NCBI GenBank assembly: GCA_951406725.2
Contig: OX597814.1
Coordinates: forward strand, 14,632,001 to 14,696,000
From: Octopus vulgaris
Lineage: Eukaryota
Reading direction: 5' to 3'
Length of the DNA: 64,000 nt
Of this stretch, positions 1-13,039 are shown piece after piece. The notes under the pieces are model-generated. The model saw only the letters and a list, made by a program, of their open reading frames with translations. It did no database searches and was not told the origin of the DNA. Positions within the stretch are counted from its first letter, which is position 1. Every line of letters starts with the position of its first letter. Made by a program: the position numbers and the translations under genes.

Positions 1-939
1 AACAGAATTCCATCAAGATATCTCGATAGAATCAATAGTGAAAGGAGTAAAAATGCAATAGTTTTATTTATGTTTTTTAGTTTTTTTATTTTGTTTTTTG
101 TTTTCTTGCAATCACTAGCCTTAATGTAAAATGTAGGCGGTTTCGATCGTATTGATAATGTGATAAACTTTATGCAATGGCTTTATTGATGAAAAGAAAT
201 GAAAATAAACACAGTTGGGGAATATATCCAAGTAGTGTTTGATAGATGACAGATTCTTCTATTTCGTGGCGTTCATTTCACATATTATTTCCGAATTTCT
301 CTGTCTGTCCATCGCTCACATCGATCGCTTGGGCTTGTCTGGTTATTTGAATGCATTGTATATCGATTGGAAACAAATGGCGAAGTGACAGAAGCAGCAA
401 CAAAACAAATGTTCGATTTCATTACGATGATCAAATTACAGTACATCATCAAACTCCTGCTTGTCTCTCTGTGTGATGGTATGTCTCAGAAAGGGACTGC
501 GAATGAAATGGTAAAAGGAAAACAAACAGCAGAAGAGAGATGGCAGAGAGTGAGAAGAATTCGTGCGATTTCCGTGCATAATTTTAACGTTCTCTGTTAT
601 ATACATTCGTGAAAATAAATCCATACGAATGTATAATAATATGGCATGAATATATGTGCGTGTGTGAGTGAATATATGCATGTTGGTAAACATGTGTGTG
701 TGTGCGTGTCTGTGTGTGTATGTGTGTACATATCTATACATCTGTATAAACACACACATATATATATACATATATACATTTATATATACGTGTGTGTATG
801 TATATATATGTATGTATGTATGTATGTATCTATGTATGTAGGTAGTAGGTCAAGTGTCCATCTGTTTTACAAGCCGATTATGTAGTCAAACGTGTGTTGG
901 TGTGTGTGTGCGTGTGTGTGAGAGATATTCTGTGCGTAT

Positions 940-1020
940 GTAGTAGTAGTAGTAGCAGCAGTAATAGTAGTAGCATTAGTAGTAGTAGTAGTAGTAGTAG
1001 TAGTGATGGTGGTGGTGGTG

Positions 1021-1079
<59 letters not shown>

Positions 1080-1080
1080 T
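940..1080. repeat. Compound (GTA)n/(GGT)n microsatellite
   Basis: Directly visible; explains the poly-S/poly-G ORF 894-1247. Confidence 0.95.
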
Positions 1081-3509
1081 TTGATTACTTAAAAACACCA
1101 CCACCACCGCATAACGTTAATCTATTTCGAGCGAAAGAGTTCACAACTGTGTTTACTTATTTGCTGTTTGTGAACATTTGCGGCGTTTCCCCTCTTCTAA
1201 TAACATTAATTCAAATACATGAAGTGTTTGTCTGCGTCCTGCATTAAAGTAATAATCTACCATTCTACTGTGTCTATGAAATATAGCAACTCTGCATAGA
1301 ATTCGGATTGTGGATCAGATTGTTTAATTCATTAATTCATTTCATCTGCATTGGTCCACGAAGGCGGCAAATTAGCTAAAGAGAGCCAGCTTATAATGAT
1401 AAATCTCAGAGCGAGTTATAAACAGTAGCGGTAACACATCGTGACGCATATTTGCCATTTGAATATGGCTAACCCCTAAGGGTGGATGCTACTGTAGTTT
1501 GTAGCCCCAGGAAGATACCTCCCCCAGCTGGCTATAGACACACTTTCTGTGCCCTATCAGTATTTGTGAAGGGAAGTCATCCTTCCCGTCTTCAACTTAT
1601 GATACACACGGACTTGAGTTTCAAGGTATTTACCTATCATCAGCGTGTGACAATCATAGTTGTCGACGAGAATAAGGTTTTGGGTGTAGTTGTTTGTGGT
1701 GAAATCGTTGTTGCTTCTTAGCTTTCGGTTAACTCTGACGACGGATATATGACCAAAGGCATTCCCGCTATCAGTATCTCATCTTTTCGTGGGTTATCTA
1801 CAGTTACCTTAGCTATTGTGTCTTCTGGTTACTTTATATATTGTGTCTGATTATATGAAAATTTTACTCCTATTTCTAGCAAGTAGAACAACCATTTAGA
1901 AACTTCCACTTATATGGATACAAAATATCGTTTCCTTTTTGTGGCTGTGTTGCTTTTACTTTGCTGTTAACTGTCAACATAAACAAAGGGCTTTAGATCG
2001 AAAGTACCTCTGTAAGAAAATGAGTGGTTCCGAGGATGGAGGGGTTCTGGAGCATTCATGTCTTACTTCGCATTCCAAGTAGTATTACCGTATGGGGTTG
2101 TTAAAAGCTAGTGCACACAATCGATAACTGAGCATCCACAGACTTTTGAGAGGTTTACTTGTAAAATCAACATATTTATAGACCTTTTCTACTTCCTTGT
2201 CTGGTATGTTTTTGTTCGAAGAGATTGCAAAGTTTATATAAGGTATTTTATGCCATATATAATGATGTCTTGCCTACGAAGTTCATTTGTTCAATCTTCC
2301 TAGTTGTCAAAATCTAATAGAGTATTCAGTTTGTTAAGTTCGTTTAGAACTTTTTTCTGGTACATGATTGCACCCTTCATCTGCAATTTTGTATTCATAT
2401 TCTTTTAACAAGAAAAAAAAGTACACCGAGACAAAACTTATCATGTCGGATATATTCCCTTAATACTAGAGCCAACACTACCATGGGAAGAACATTTTCT
2501 ACTCGCAGATTACGTAGGAAAGGCCGGTTCGTTGAAATGATGAATGCAATTTCCTATTTACCCGGAGGTGAATGGAATATTGTGTAACCGTTCTGTATCA
2601 TTGTGGTATTGATATGGAGTGTGGAGTGTTTTATTTTCGGTGTCTTCTTGTTGCGCCTGTTATGTACAGAATATGTAACATGTTTTTTTTTTTAATTTCC
2701 TTTTATTTCTCCTACCTCTGTCTAAGATACGTATGTATTGCCTATAATAGCTCTGGGGTGGTGGCTTTGGAACTCTGCTAGTAGTTTCCTTGTTTTCTGT
2801 ATTAGCTCTTCAGTTTAAATAACTTCTAGTTTACTATGTTGAAGCTGTAGTTCATAAGTGAAATGGCTAGCATATTTATACCCGTTGTCTTATGTCTAAC
2901 AATTAACAATGCGTTTAGTTTTTATGTTAGTCTTATTATTTCTGTTATTTTTTTTTTATTTTCTCTTTCATTTATGTGTCCGTTGTCTTATTGGATTCAG
3001 CTACACCAACGCATATTAGTTTTTCTGCTTTCAGTATATGCAGTAAAATTTAATATTCTCACTTGTAATTCACTCCTTCTTATAATAGGTCTGACGCATT
3101 TGTCTAAGCCCACGCTTATATGTATATTATGCTGAATCTATATCAATAAACTTTTTTGTCTATTTATATATTGATAAATGTATACATATGCTATACATGC
3201 TTACATAACATATATATATATATAAATATGCATGTATATTCATTTATTTTCTGTCTTGTTAAGGCAACGGAAATGTAGGTGGGAGAGAAAAAAGAGAGTG
3301 CGAGCGAGCAGTGCGTAAAAAATATAGCATTGAAGAAAATGGGAATGTTCAAAGATTGGATGAAAATTGGCAAGAATATATTGAAAGATAAGCATGAGGG
3401 AGAGATTATCAGAAAGTTAGTGATAAAACAATGGACGAGAAGAAAGAGAAAGAGTGACAAATGACGGAAAGGAGAAGTAGGAGTGTAATAAAATATAGAT
3501 TTAATTTTG

Positions 3510-3870
3510 CTACAGGGCCAGCAATGTCGGGGAGGGGACAAGTTGATTATATCGACCCTAGTGTTCAACTGGTACTTATTTCATTGATCCCGAAAGGATG
3601 AAAGGCAAAATTGACCTCGGTGGAATTTGAACTCAGAAGTAAAGACAGACAAAATGTCGGTGTGCTAACGATTCTGCTAGTTCAGTGCCTTAGAGTATAT
3701 GAGGATCTATTTGATTTCGTCGACCTCATTGCGAGACTACTGCTCATTTTATCGACCCTGAAATGATGAAAGGTAAAGTCGACCCCGACGGAACTCGAAC
3801 TCAGAACATTAAGACAGACAAAATACAGCTAAGCATTTCGCCCGGTGCTGACATTCCTATCAGCTCGCGT
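3510..3870 (-). mobile_element. Two adjacent degenerate copies of tRNA-derived SINE family A
   Basis: Reverse complement of gagttcaaattccgccgaggtcgactttgcctttcatcctttcggggtcgataaa occurs twice. Confidence 0.8.
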
Positions 3871-3879
3871 CTTGCCAAG

Positions 3880-4670
3880 TTTCACCTTGGAGAGCTATTA
3901 GGAATTAGTAGCGGACAAAATTGACGACTTCCTATGAAAAAGTCGGGATGTCAGGGAAAGTCAGGTAGCTGGTCTTTTCCAGGGGACTTTCAGACCAAAG
4001 CCTATGAAAAATTTCCATAAGTCCCTAACTTGGTAGTAGTACTACTGGGTTGCTGTGCCGATTTGAGACAAGCTCTACACATACCGAAGTTTTGTTAGAC
4101 GGATCTGGTTGAGATGAGTGCTGAGAAATGAAACTGTTCTGCATACACTCGTCCAGTGACCAGACATTGCTGACTTCTGGAGCTTTATCGAACAACTGTT
4201 ACCACTTGTAGGGCGAATGCGGCTGACGGCCGTGTCCATCGTGAGGATCGCCACACTGCCTATTTTTGATTGGGAAGAGCAAGCAGTTTTCTTCTGTCTG
4301 GTGGTTATGGCGAAAGAGACAGTGTGGTGGACGAAGTTCAAAGAAATAAAGACAAATACTTTTCTCTTTGACCAAATCCTCGTCGATATGGCCGAATTCC
4401 ACCTGAGCAGGAAAGTGAAGGTGGAGAGGGAAGTGCTGCTCTTAGTATTTGGGGTGAAAGATGAGGGAATGTGGCGAGGATGGCCCGAGTGAATAGATCT
4501 ACTCTGTGTATACACCTGTTGGCCGGCAGGAGGAAAGGAAGAGGCGTGGGTTGCCTGCTTGAAGTGCCTTTGATAATTGATGTTTCTAGGATGAGTCGGG
4601 TTCCTTGTTTGCCCTGGATGGAGATCACCCCTTCCTGGGGAATTTCTTATCTAATGTTTTATTTTTAAAT
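3880..4670 (+). mobile_element. 3' end of an L1/Tx1-clade LINE (zf-RVT-like C-terminus), decayed
   Basis: Translates to NFHKSLTW...DKLY, NETVLHTLVQ, FWSFIEQLL and FFCLVVMAKETVWW...FHLSRKVKVER, with stops. Confidence 0.6.
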
Positions 4671-4684
4671 GTTATTTTATCGTT

Positions 4685-4908
4685 TGCTGGCAGAAACGTT
4701 AGCACGCCGGGCGAAATGCTTAGCCGTATTTTGTTTGCCGTTACGTTCTGAGTTCAAATTCCGCCGAGGTCGACTTTGCCTTTCATCCTTTCGGGATCGA
4801 TAAATAAAGTACCTGTTTCGCACTGGGGTCGATGTAATCGACTTAATCCATTTGTCTGTCCTTATTTGTCCCCTCTGTGTTTAGCCCCTTGTGGGTAGTA
4901 AAGAAATA
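4685..4908 (+). mobile_element. SINE family A (tRNA head plus MetaSINE-like central domain)
   Basis: gctggcagaaacgttagc head, B-box-like gagttcaaattcc, central gcctttcatcctttcgggatcgataaa, tail gtgggtagtaaagaaata. Confidence 0.9.
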
Positions 4909-5727
4909 TATATGTAAATCCCCACTTGCCTTTGTTTTGAACCATCCATTTTGCTTTGTGTACGACTCTTATGGCTAATAAAGGAGTTGCTATTTTATCA
5001 TTGTTATTGCTGTTGCTTCTGTTGTTGATTTTACTCGGATTCCTTATGATTCCTGGTGGAATTTGCGAGGGTTGCAGGTTACTATCAGTAACCTTAGGTA
5101 TTCACAAGCTTTCAATAGTATTTCAAGTGCTAAAGATCTTCCTGATAATCTTTCTTGTCCCCCAGACGCAAAGTTTCCGCAGAAGCTCTACAGAACTAAG
5201 AGAACTCAAGCTGTTTAGTTGCCTAGAAAACTAAAACTGACGAAAACGTGTAAAATCAAATCCACACGAAAATCTGCTGATACAAGATATCTATGGAAAT
5301 TATTACCCCTGAAAGTCCACTGTATCATATTATGAGCTGACGTTATGGTGCATATTGGAGAATACTTCACAAGACTGAAATGCTTGTTTCTGTTTCTTTA
5401 TTTCTTGTGTACGAAGCAGGCTTTTTCATCAGGTGGGATGAACTTCAAGCTGTTGGTTATATCCACACCACATATTCATTCCTTAGCTTGCACTATCCCA
5501 CTAGTGGTAAATTCATTCATCAGAAAAGCTTTCTCACAACTTGACTTTTTCAGTTGCAATCTTCAGTTAATCTTATAAGAGGATGAGCATTTGACACATG
5601 CGAGCCGACTAGAGAAATCTGTAGGATTAGAGGAATCTCTTCATTCTGTTAAGGATTTCTAAATAACGTCAACTCCGATGTCTTAGAAATAGCCAGAATG
5701 TCAATTATAAAATACCCAGAATGTCGA

Positions 5728-6147
5728 AGGCGGCGAACTGGCAGAAACGTTAGCACGCCGGGCGAAATGCTTAGTCGTATTTCGTCTGCCGTTACGTTCT
5801 GAGTTCAAATTCCGCCGAGGTCGACTTTGCCTTTCATCCTTTCGGGGTCGATAAGCTAAGTACTAGTTACTCACTGGGGTCGATATAATCGACTTAATCC
5901 GATTGTCTGTCCTTGTTTGTCCTCTCTGTGTTTAGCCCCTTGTGGATAGTAAAGAAATGGGTATTTCGTCTGCCGCTACGTTCTGAGTTCAAATTCCGCC
6001 GAGGTCGACTTTGCCTTTCATCCTTTCGGGGTCGATTAAAGAAGGACCAGTTATGCACTGGAGTCGATGTAATCGACTTAATCCGTTTGTCTGTCCTTGT
6101 TTGTCTGTCCCCTCTGTGTGTAGCCCCTTGTGGGCAGTAAAGAAATA
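5728..6147 (+). mobile_element. SINE family A with partial head-to-tail duplication, 10-bp TSD
   Basis: AGAATGTCGA at 5718-5727 and 6148-6157; the second unit restarts at the internal ggtatttcgtctgcc. Confidence 0.9.
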
Positions 6148-6969
6148 AGAATGTCGATTATAATTCCTTGAACAACATTTTCGGCTAGAAGTTCAGAGAT
6201 AATCTTTTTTGTTCTTGTTATTATTGCTATTGTTTTAGTATTGTTGTCCGGTTGGTTTCACGCAGGGACCATGGAACAGCTTGAGCCCGCTTTTCAAACA
6301 CTGCATCGTACCACGTTGATGTAACGCTTGAGGTGTCCAACTCAATCAAAATTTCAGAAACTATACTTTAAGTATTTAGAAAATCCATACTTGAGTATCT
6401 TGAAAAGATGTCACAAATTTTAATGCATGTGTACGATCAACAAATCAATCAACAATTTTCAATATTTTTCTAATTTTATAATTTTAAAGCTTTGCTGGGT
6501 TTTTCTTTTTTAATTTCAATGTGAAGTACATTACTAAGGATTTTATTTGTTACCCAGTTTGCTACAGGGATAAGGAACACAGTCAATTAAGGAAGATATT
6601 TACGATCAGAACATCATTAAAGCTTCAGAACCATCGTACTTTTTCCATTTCAAACCATTTCTAAAGGAAAGTATTTTAAATCTTTCAGGTGACGTGATTA
6701 TCATAAATATTCTATCTTTTTTCACTTTAAACTTCAGCGTTTTTTGTTTCTTTTCTTTTGCCACTAAGCAAGCTAGGATGTTAAAAAATAGAATTTACAA
6801 GGCTCTCTACGTTGAAAATTGAAAAATTATTTCGATATGAATTTACGTTTCATTGCTCCAAGCATTTAAAGCGGGCAATTCAATCGCTTTATGACATTCA
6901 TTTGCGTGTTTATCCCTTTAGCTCTGAATAAAAAGCAAAAACATTATTCTGAAATATATTTCTTCTTTC

Positions 6970-8930
6970 ATATGTACATACACACAGACACAGACATACG
7001 CACACACACACACTCACATGTATATATACATATATATATATATACACATACATATGTATGTATACATGTACACTTATGTATACACGTATATGTACGTGTA
7101 TGTACATATATATGTATATGTGTATATGTATATATATATATATATGTGTGTGTATGTGTGTGTGCGTGTATGTATATATTGTGTGTGTATGTATATGCAT
7201 GTGTGTATGTGAGTTAGTGTATGCGTGTGTGTGAGCGTGTGTTTGTGCATGTGTGTGTGCGTGTATGTGCGTGTGTGCGTGTGCGTGTGTCTGTGCCTGT
7301 GTGTATATGTGTATGGTGTGTGTGGGAGGTAATTATGCGTCCATGTGTATGCACGGGTGCGTGTGTTTTTGTGCGTGTAGATATGTACGTATGTGTGTGT
7401 ATGTGTTCGAGTATATAGAAATAAAAATTATAATAAATTATAAAAAAATAAGTTTAAAAGGGGGTAAAAAAAATTAATGCAATAGAAAATGGCGCAATTA
7501 AAAACAAAAAACAAAAAATGAAAAATGTTGCAGGAGGTGTAGAGGCAGTCAATAGGAAGATGGGGATTGTTTTTAGTCTGGAGGGGATAGTTGTTCGTAG
7601 ATTAAAGATATACTGCTGTTCCAAGCGGAGTCGCGAGTGTGTGGATCCGTGGTGCCGAGTGAGGCCAAAGACGGAAATGTTAGAGGAGTAGTGGTTCGCC
7701 AGGCGGAAGTGACGGGCGACGGGGGTGTTCGAACGTAGTCGAATATCCCTTAGATATTCGGTGAACCTATCGGCCAGTTGGCGGCCCGTCTGACCTACAT
7801 ATAGTTTACCACAGAGGTTGCATCTAATACAGTATATGAGGCTAGAAGAGGTGCAAGAGAAGGAATTTGTTATGCGAAGAATGTGCTGATTGGGACAAGT
7901 GAGAGAAGAAGTGTTGGTGATGAAGGGACAGGTGTGACAGCGGGATCTGAAGCACGGGAAGGATCCGGGTAGGACTGGGGGGAAGAAGAGAAGCTGCTAC
8001 GGACCAGATCACGTAGTTTCCGGGCGCGTTTAAATGAGGACAAGGGTTGGTTGGAGAAAATGGAGCGGGTGGTGGGATCAAGCTGGAGACGACAGAAGGA
8101 CCGTTGGATCCTCCAACGAAGGGGTAGGATGGAAGGGTGGAAACGGAAGTGAAAGAGGGTGCGGTTAGGGGGTTAGTGTGAGAAAGGATAAAGGGCGGTG
8201 GTGCGATCGATTCGACGAGCGCGGGCAAGGGCGGTTTGGACAAGGATTGAGGGGTATCCTCGATGCCTGAACAGGCGGGCAAGGTACTGGGACTGGGTCT
8301 CAAAATCCTGGGCTCAAAAGTCTAGGCTACTGAATTGGCCTGGAGGCGGCGTCCAGTTGGATGGGCGGCGCCCCAGCTCCGAAAAGCAATCCAGATTGTC
8401 GTGACGCTGTGTAGACGTGTGAAAAAACGCACATAGTTTGATGCGGCGCAGGAAGTGGCTGACGTCGGTGTCGGTCTCAAATTCGTCACAGTGGGGCGTG
8501 AGAGCCGTGAAGCGGAGTCCGCTACTGAGGAGTGAGTGCTCGGCAGCGGACAGGGCGAGGTTGGTAGCAGTGTGATGGGGTGAGTGGAGTCGGAAAGAGC
8601 GGGTGCAGAGGTGTGTGGAGGAGGGATGGAATGGTTAGGTGGGGGTGGGATAGGAGTGGGAATGTAGGGGTGTAGGGGTGGGGTGCAGGAGGGGGGTGTG
8701 GTGGATGCGGGATTGGGAGGTATCGGAGAGTTGAAGGGGAGAGGAGAAGGGGTTGAGGAGGCGGTGGAGTTTTCTGTTTTTATGTGTGAGGAAATTGTGG
8801 AGTTAGTAGTTGAGATTAAGAAGGAAACGGAGAATGGGCTAAGTGAAGGGTGGAGGGCAGAGGGAGGAGAGGAAGAGGTAAGCTTAGGGAAGCTAGTGGT
8901 CAAGAGAGTGAAGGGGGGAGCGTCACATAT
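6970..8930 (-). mobile_element. Penelope-like retroelement (N-terminal region, thumb, GIY-YIG), RT core deleted
   Basis: Minus strand reads LLSSGLRF...DVSHFLRRIKL...SNWTPPPGQFSSLDF, then LFRHRGYP, then the GIY-YIG LIYCIRCNLCGKLYVGQTGRQLADRFTE...PVARHF...RLRLEQQYIFNLRT (about 7570-7860), then a CA-rich 3' region. Confidence 0.85.
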
Positions 8931-10160
8931 ACACACATACATACGCATACATGCACACACATACCGCCAACACCCACAGCACACACTCATACAAACACGC
9001 ACATAATTACACACACCCCTAAACAATCCTAAACATACACATACACGTATGGATGCACGTACACACATACGCACACATACGCACGCGCACACACGCACAC
9101 GAATGCACACATACCTAACACTCACAACCCCAAGCGTACACGTATACACACCCGCATACTCACACGCGCACACATATACACACGCCCACATACACGCACA
9201 CAACTAAACGCACATACATATACACATACATACACACGCACACATGCACATGCAAAAAGATGCACATATACCTCCATACACAACCTCTCGTTCACACACA
9301 CAAAATTCACACACACATACATACACACACACGAACACGCACATACACTCACACGCACGCACATATATACACACACACACCTACACACACGCACATGAAC
9401 CCACACATACCTCCCATACACACACAGCACACACTTATACATACACGCACACAATTATACATACATGGACACACACACACACACATACAAGCATATACAC
9501 GCGCACACACACAGAGTAACGTACATTTACTCCACAGACACAAACTTAAGGGGAAAAAACCTACCTACACGTACACACACATACATACACAGACACACTG
9601 TAAACAAAACATACACACTACATATACATACACACACTTCAAACTACCAGTTAAACACCTTTCTACTGATCATTCGCCTACGCACATGTGTAGGTAGACA
9701 CACAATAGACAGCAACTCCTACCAAAATTCTTACTATAAATACTTCCTATGACCTTAAACGACACTAAGTCCAACCACACACATACATAAACAGCCACAA
9801 CCACACACACACATGCACATACACATGCTATCATTACACGCACACACATACACACACCTGTGCGTACGCACGTACGCACACATACACACATATATCTCCT
9901 TCTCTTCCACTCTCCTGTCTTTGAAAGAACTTTTTCTTTCCTCATTCCCTCCAGTCCTTTTAATGTGTGACCGCGTGTGTATCGGCGATTTTCTTTCTCC
10001 ATCTTTCCTTCTTTAGACTTTTCTATATTTCTGACGAAGAGCTCCGCTCGAAACATGAAAGCTTCTTTATTTTCTTTCTGTTGTGTGAGCGTCCAATAAC
10101 ACTGCACTTATTCCACGTCCTCGTGTTGTTTTTTCTTGCTTGTTCATGTTTGGATTGACT
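8930..10160 (+). mobile_element. Penelope-like CA-rich 3' region/pseudo-LTR, inverted relative to the adjacent body, with a hammerhead-like motif
   Basis: CA-rich degenerate repeats, then a terminus shared with 21830-21975 and 42415-43910 (ctgacgaagagctccgctcgaaac...tggattgact), then (TA)n. Confidence 0.7.
10027..10061 (+). ncRNA. Minimal hammerhead-like motif (extra-A variant), cleavage site degenerate
   Basis: CUGACGA-A-GAGC-UCC-GCUC-GAAAC-AUG; the sister copies have GAAAC-GUU here. Confidence 0.55.
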
Positions 10161-10254
10161 ATATATATATGTATATACATACATATATTAGCGTCTACTA
10201 AAATTGTATAATATATAACGAAAATCTTTGTTTTTGTTGTTTTCACAGGTAATC

Positions 10255-10547
10255 ATGGATTGCCCGAACAGCACCCTACAGAACACAACGACGCGGCCAG
10301 AAAGTCCAGAAAATGAAGTGCTGTCTTCTATAAGCAAAGCAATTATGGATTTTGCGGTACCAACAGTTTGCGTCATAGGATTACTTGGCAACTTGCTAAA
10401 TATGCTTGTCCTCAGCAGAGAGAAAATGCAACGGAACCTGTCCAAAATGGAAAAGTCAGCACACTACGGAATGATAGCTTTGGCATTTTCCGATTTCATG
10501 TTCTGTCTGCTGGCTTTGCTATTTACTTTAGTACCTAGATATAAATG
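10255..10547 (+). CDS. Class A GPCR, FMRFamide-receptor-like/orphan peptide receptor, coding exon 1 (N-terminus, TM1, TM2)
   Basis: Pyrimidine tract and acceptor tttcacAG (10247-10248), ATG at 10255. MDCPNSTLQNTT carries two N-glycosylation sequons; TM1 has GLLGNLLN and TM2 has LAFSD. Donor TG|GTAGGT at 10548 (phase 2) removes the in-frame TAG at 10549-10551. The acceptor implies an unlocated upstream non-coding exon. Confidence 0.9.
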
Positions 10548-11114
10548 GTAGGTATTTATTACATTCACAGCAAGTATTATGTTATATTATACTAATATAT
10601 TATATTACACTGTATTATATTCTATTCTATTATATTTCTTTCGTGGATTTTATGCTTAGCACTACATAATCCAGTGTATCTTTCTTCTTTCAAAATGATA
10701 GTGTAAAATGAGGAATATGTTGCGGGTATTTTTTGTATGCTAACTGATTACGCGGAGGCTGCCTTATTGGCTCGTTATATTCTGTATTGATGGTTCTTAT
10801 TTGCAGGTTATTTCAAACTGGTCAGATACATGATTTAGAAGTATTTCATCCATGACAAAGAGTCTTTATTTAGGATAAAATGTTATAGGTGATTCGCAGG
10901 AGATTTTGTTGCAATTTCAAGTCGTTTGACCGTTTCGTATAGTGCAACATATTATATCATTGATTCGACATATATAATGCTGTGTAATAAGGAGATAACA
11001 GGAAAGTCAAAGTACATTTTTTATTGAACTTTAGTTTCTAGAAAAGAATGTGAAAAATGATTGGAATTTAGTCTGTTAAAGTTGAATATTTCCTTCAAGT
11101 TTTTAACTCCGTGT

Positions 11115-11445
11115 GTTCGTTCAGGCTGGCTGACTCTGGTAAGGACGATGAGAGTTCCAGTTGATTCGATCAACGGAAGAGCCGGCTCGTCCAATTGACC
11201 TGCAAGTGGCAGAGTATTCTACAGACACGCGTAGCCTTAACGTAGTTCTGAGGAAAATTCAGCGTCAAACACAGAATGTGATAAGACTAGCTCTCTGAAT
11301 TACAGGTAGAACTCATCATTACCAGCTGACTGGATGGGAGCAACGCGAAATATAAAGCTTTTTGTACAAGGACACAGCGCGCTTCTGGTAATTAAACTCA
11401 CAACCCTAAGCCGAATACACTAACCACAGAGGCACACGCCTTCCG
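11115..11445 (-). mobile_element. Degenerate tRNA-derived SINE (family D)
   Basis: Minus-strand head ggcgtgtgcctctgtggttagtgtattcggc...gtgagtttaattacc...gtgtccttg. Confidence 0.6.
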
Positions 11446-11689
11446 TGAAGTTCGTTCAGACGATAAAACACTAAACGATAAAGACAGACGGAATGGTGAT
11501 TAAATGAATCATCAGCTTCGATCGAATACATAAACTCTAATGCACACTGTATCACAGTGTTTAGAAAGAGTACATTTTCTGTGGAATACTCTGCCATTTC
11601 GTACGATACTTCAATGAGGAAACCGTTTCGTTAATTGAACACTGCTCAAAGCCGACATGCAGTCATTAGTTATCATATATATCATGTAC

Positions 11690-12150
11690 AAGACCGCAAA
11701 CTGGCAGAATCGTTAGCGCACTGGATGAAATGCTAAGCGGTGTTTCGCCCCGCCCTTCGCTACGTTCTGAGTTCAAATTCCGCCGAGGTCGATTTACCTT
11801 TCATCCTTTCAGGGTCGATAAATTAAGTACCAGTTGAACACTGGGGTCAATGTAATTGACTTAACCCCTCCCTCACCATCCGAATCTCAGACCTTGTGCC
11901 TATAATAGAAAGAATTATTTCGTATTGTTCACACAATTTTATTAAGGCAGCTAGCTGGCAGAAACGTTAGCACGCCGGGCGAAATGCTTAGCAGCATTTC
12001 GTTTGTCTTTATGTTCTGAGTCCAAATTCCGCAGAGGTTTACTATGCTTTTCATCCTTTCGGTGTCGATAAAATTAAGTACCAGTTACGCACTGGGGGCG
12101 ATGTAATCGACTATCCCTTTCTCTCAAAGTTCAGGTCTTGTAGAAAGGAT
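11690..12150 (+). mobile_element. Two tandem SINE family A copies
   Basis: Heads at about 11695 and 11945, both with the central cctttcatcctttc...gtcgataaaattaagtaccag. Confidence 0.85.
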
Positions 12151-12213
12151 TATATATATCGTGTGCATTTTCTCGCCCATATATATACAAAAACTGTAAT
12201 ATGCGTGTGTGTG

Positions 12214-12246
<33 letters not shown>

Positions 12247-12875
12247 AAGTATACATATTTATGTCTCTCAATACACTCTACCTTAAATAATGTGTTTCTT
12301 GAAATCCCCGACAGAATTGGGAGCTTCTAGTTTGATATACTTTTAATTATAGGTTTGTTTACTCTACCAAGGTTGAACTGGCGCTAAACAACATCTGAAG
12401 ACATTCACTTCTCAACAGATGAAAATAACAGTGAAAAGCAATGATGATGCTTCTACGGGCCTGCTAGAAATAGCAACCATATCTTACCCCCATATCGGCC
12501 CACCATCTTCATTAGTTTAAAGGTATACAAGTTAATATGACCCTAAACATTTATATATATATATATGAATGGCAGTCATGATAGGAATAACCGATCAATG
12601 CTAAGCAGCAACAATAACGACATAGAAATGCTATAAGGCAAGACAGCCTCTACGTAGTCGCTTAATTTGTAAAAGGTTGCAATCATATCTGGCTCAAATC
12701 TCAACTTGATACAGTCTAATGTATCTAAGGGGATACATCAGAAATTGTAATCTGGAGTACGCAATACCCTAAATAGATGGAATTGTCGTAGCTGAAAAGT
12801 ATTTGATCATAGGTGTGCTTATTCGGGTATACGAATAAGAATACAAGGGTTAAGAAATTGAGTAGATTCGATCCG

Positions 12876-12959
12876 GGCTACATATGTTTCATAACGAGCG
12901 GAACCTCGGAAGTGGTAAATTTCTAAGTGATGTGTATACCACGGGCTACACTTCAGGCC
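12876..12959 (-). ncRNA. Type I hammerhead motif with long stem II (A9U deviation)
   Basis: GGC-CUGAAGU-GUAGC...GUUAU-GAAAC-AUAU-GUA-GCC: stem I GGC/GCC, palindromic stem III ACAUAUGU, GUA triplet. Confidence 0.55.
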
Positions 12960-13039
12960 AAGGATATCATGATTAAATGAAAGTTTACATTGTCGCAAGG
13001 AGGTACATGTTAACACATAGAATATATATATATGTGTGA

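Noticed and set aside
367-612. 81-aa ORF in unique-looking sequence, possible upstream exon
   Set aside because: No recognisable domain or supported splice sites; cannot be linked to the GPCR.
2000-2490. Possible minus-strand non-LTR RT relic
   Set aside because: Too degraded to assign or delimit confidently.
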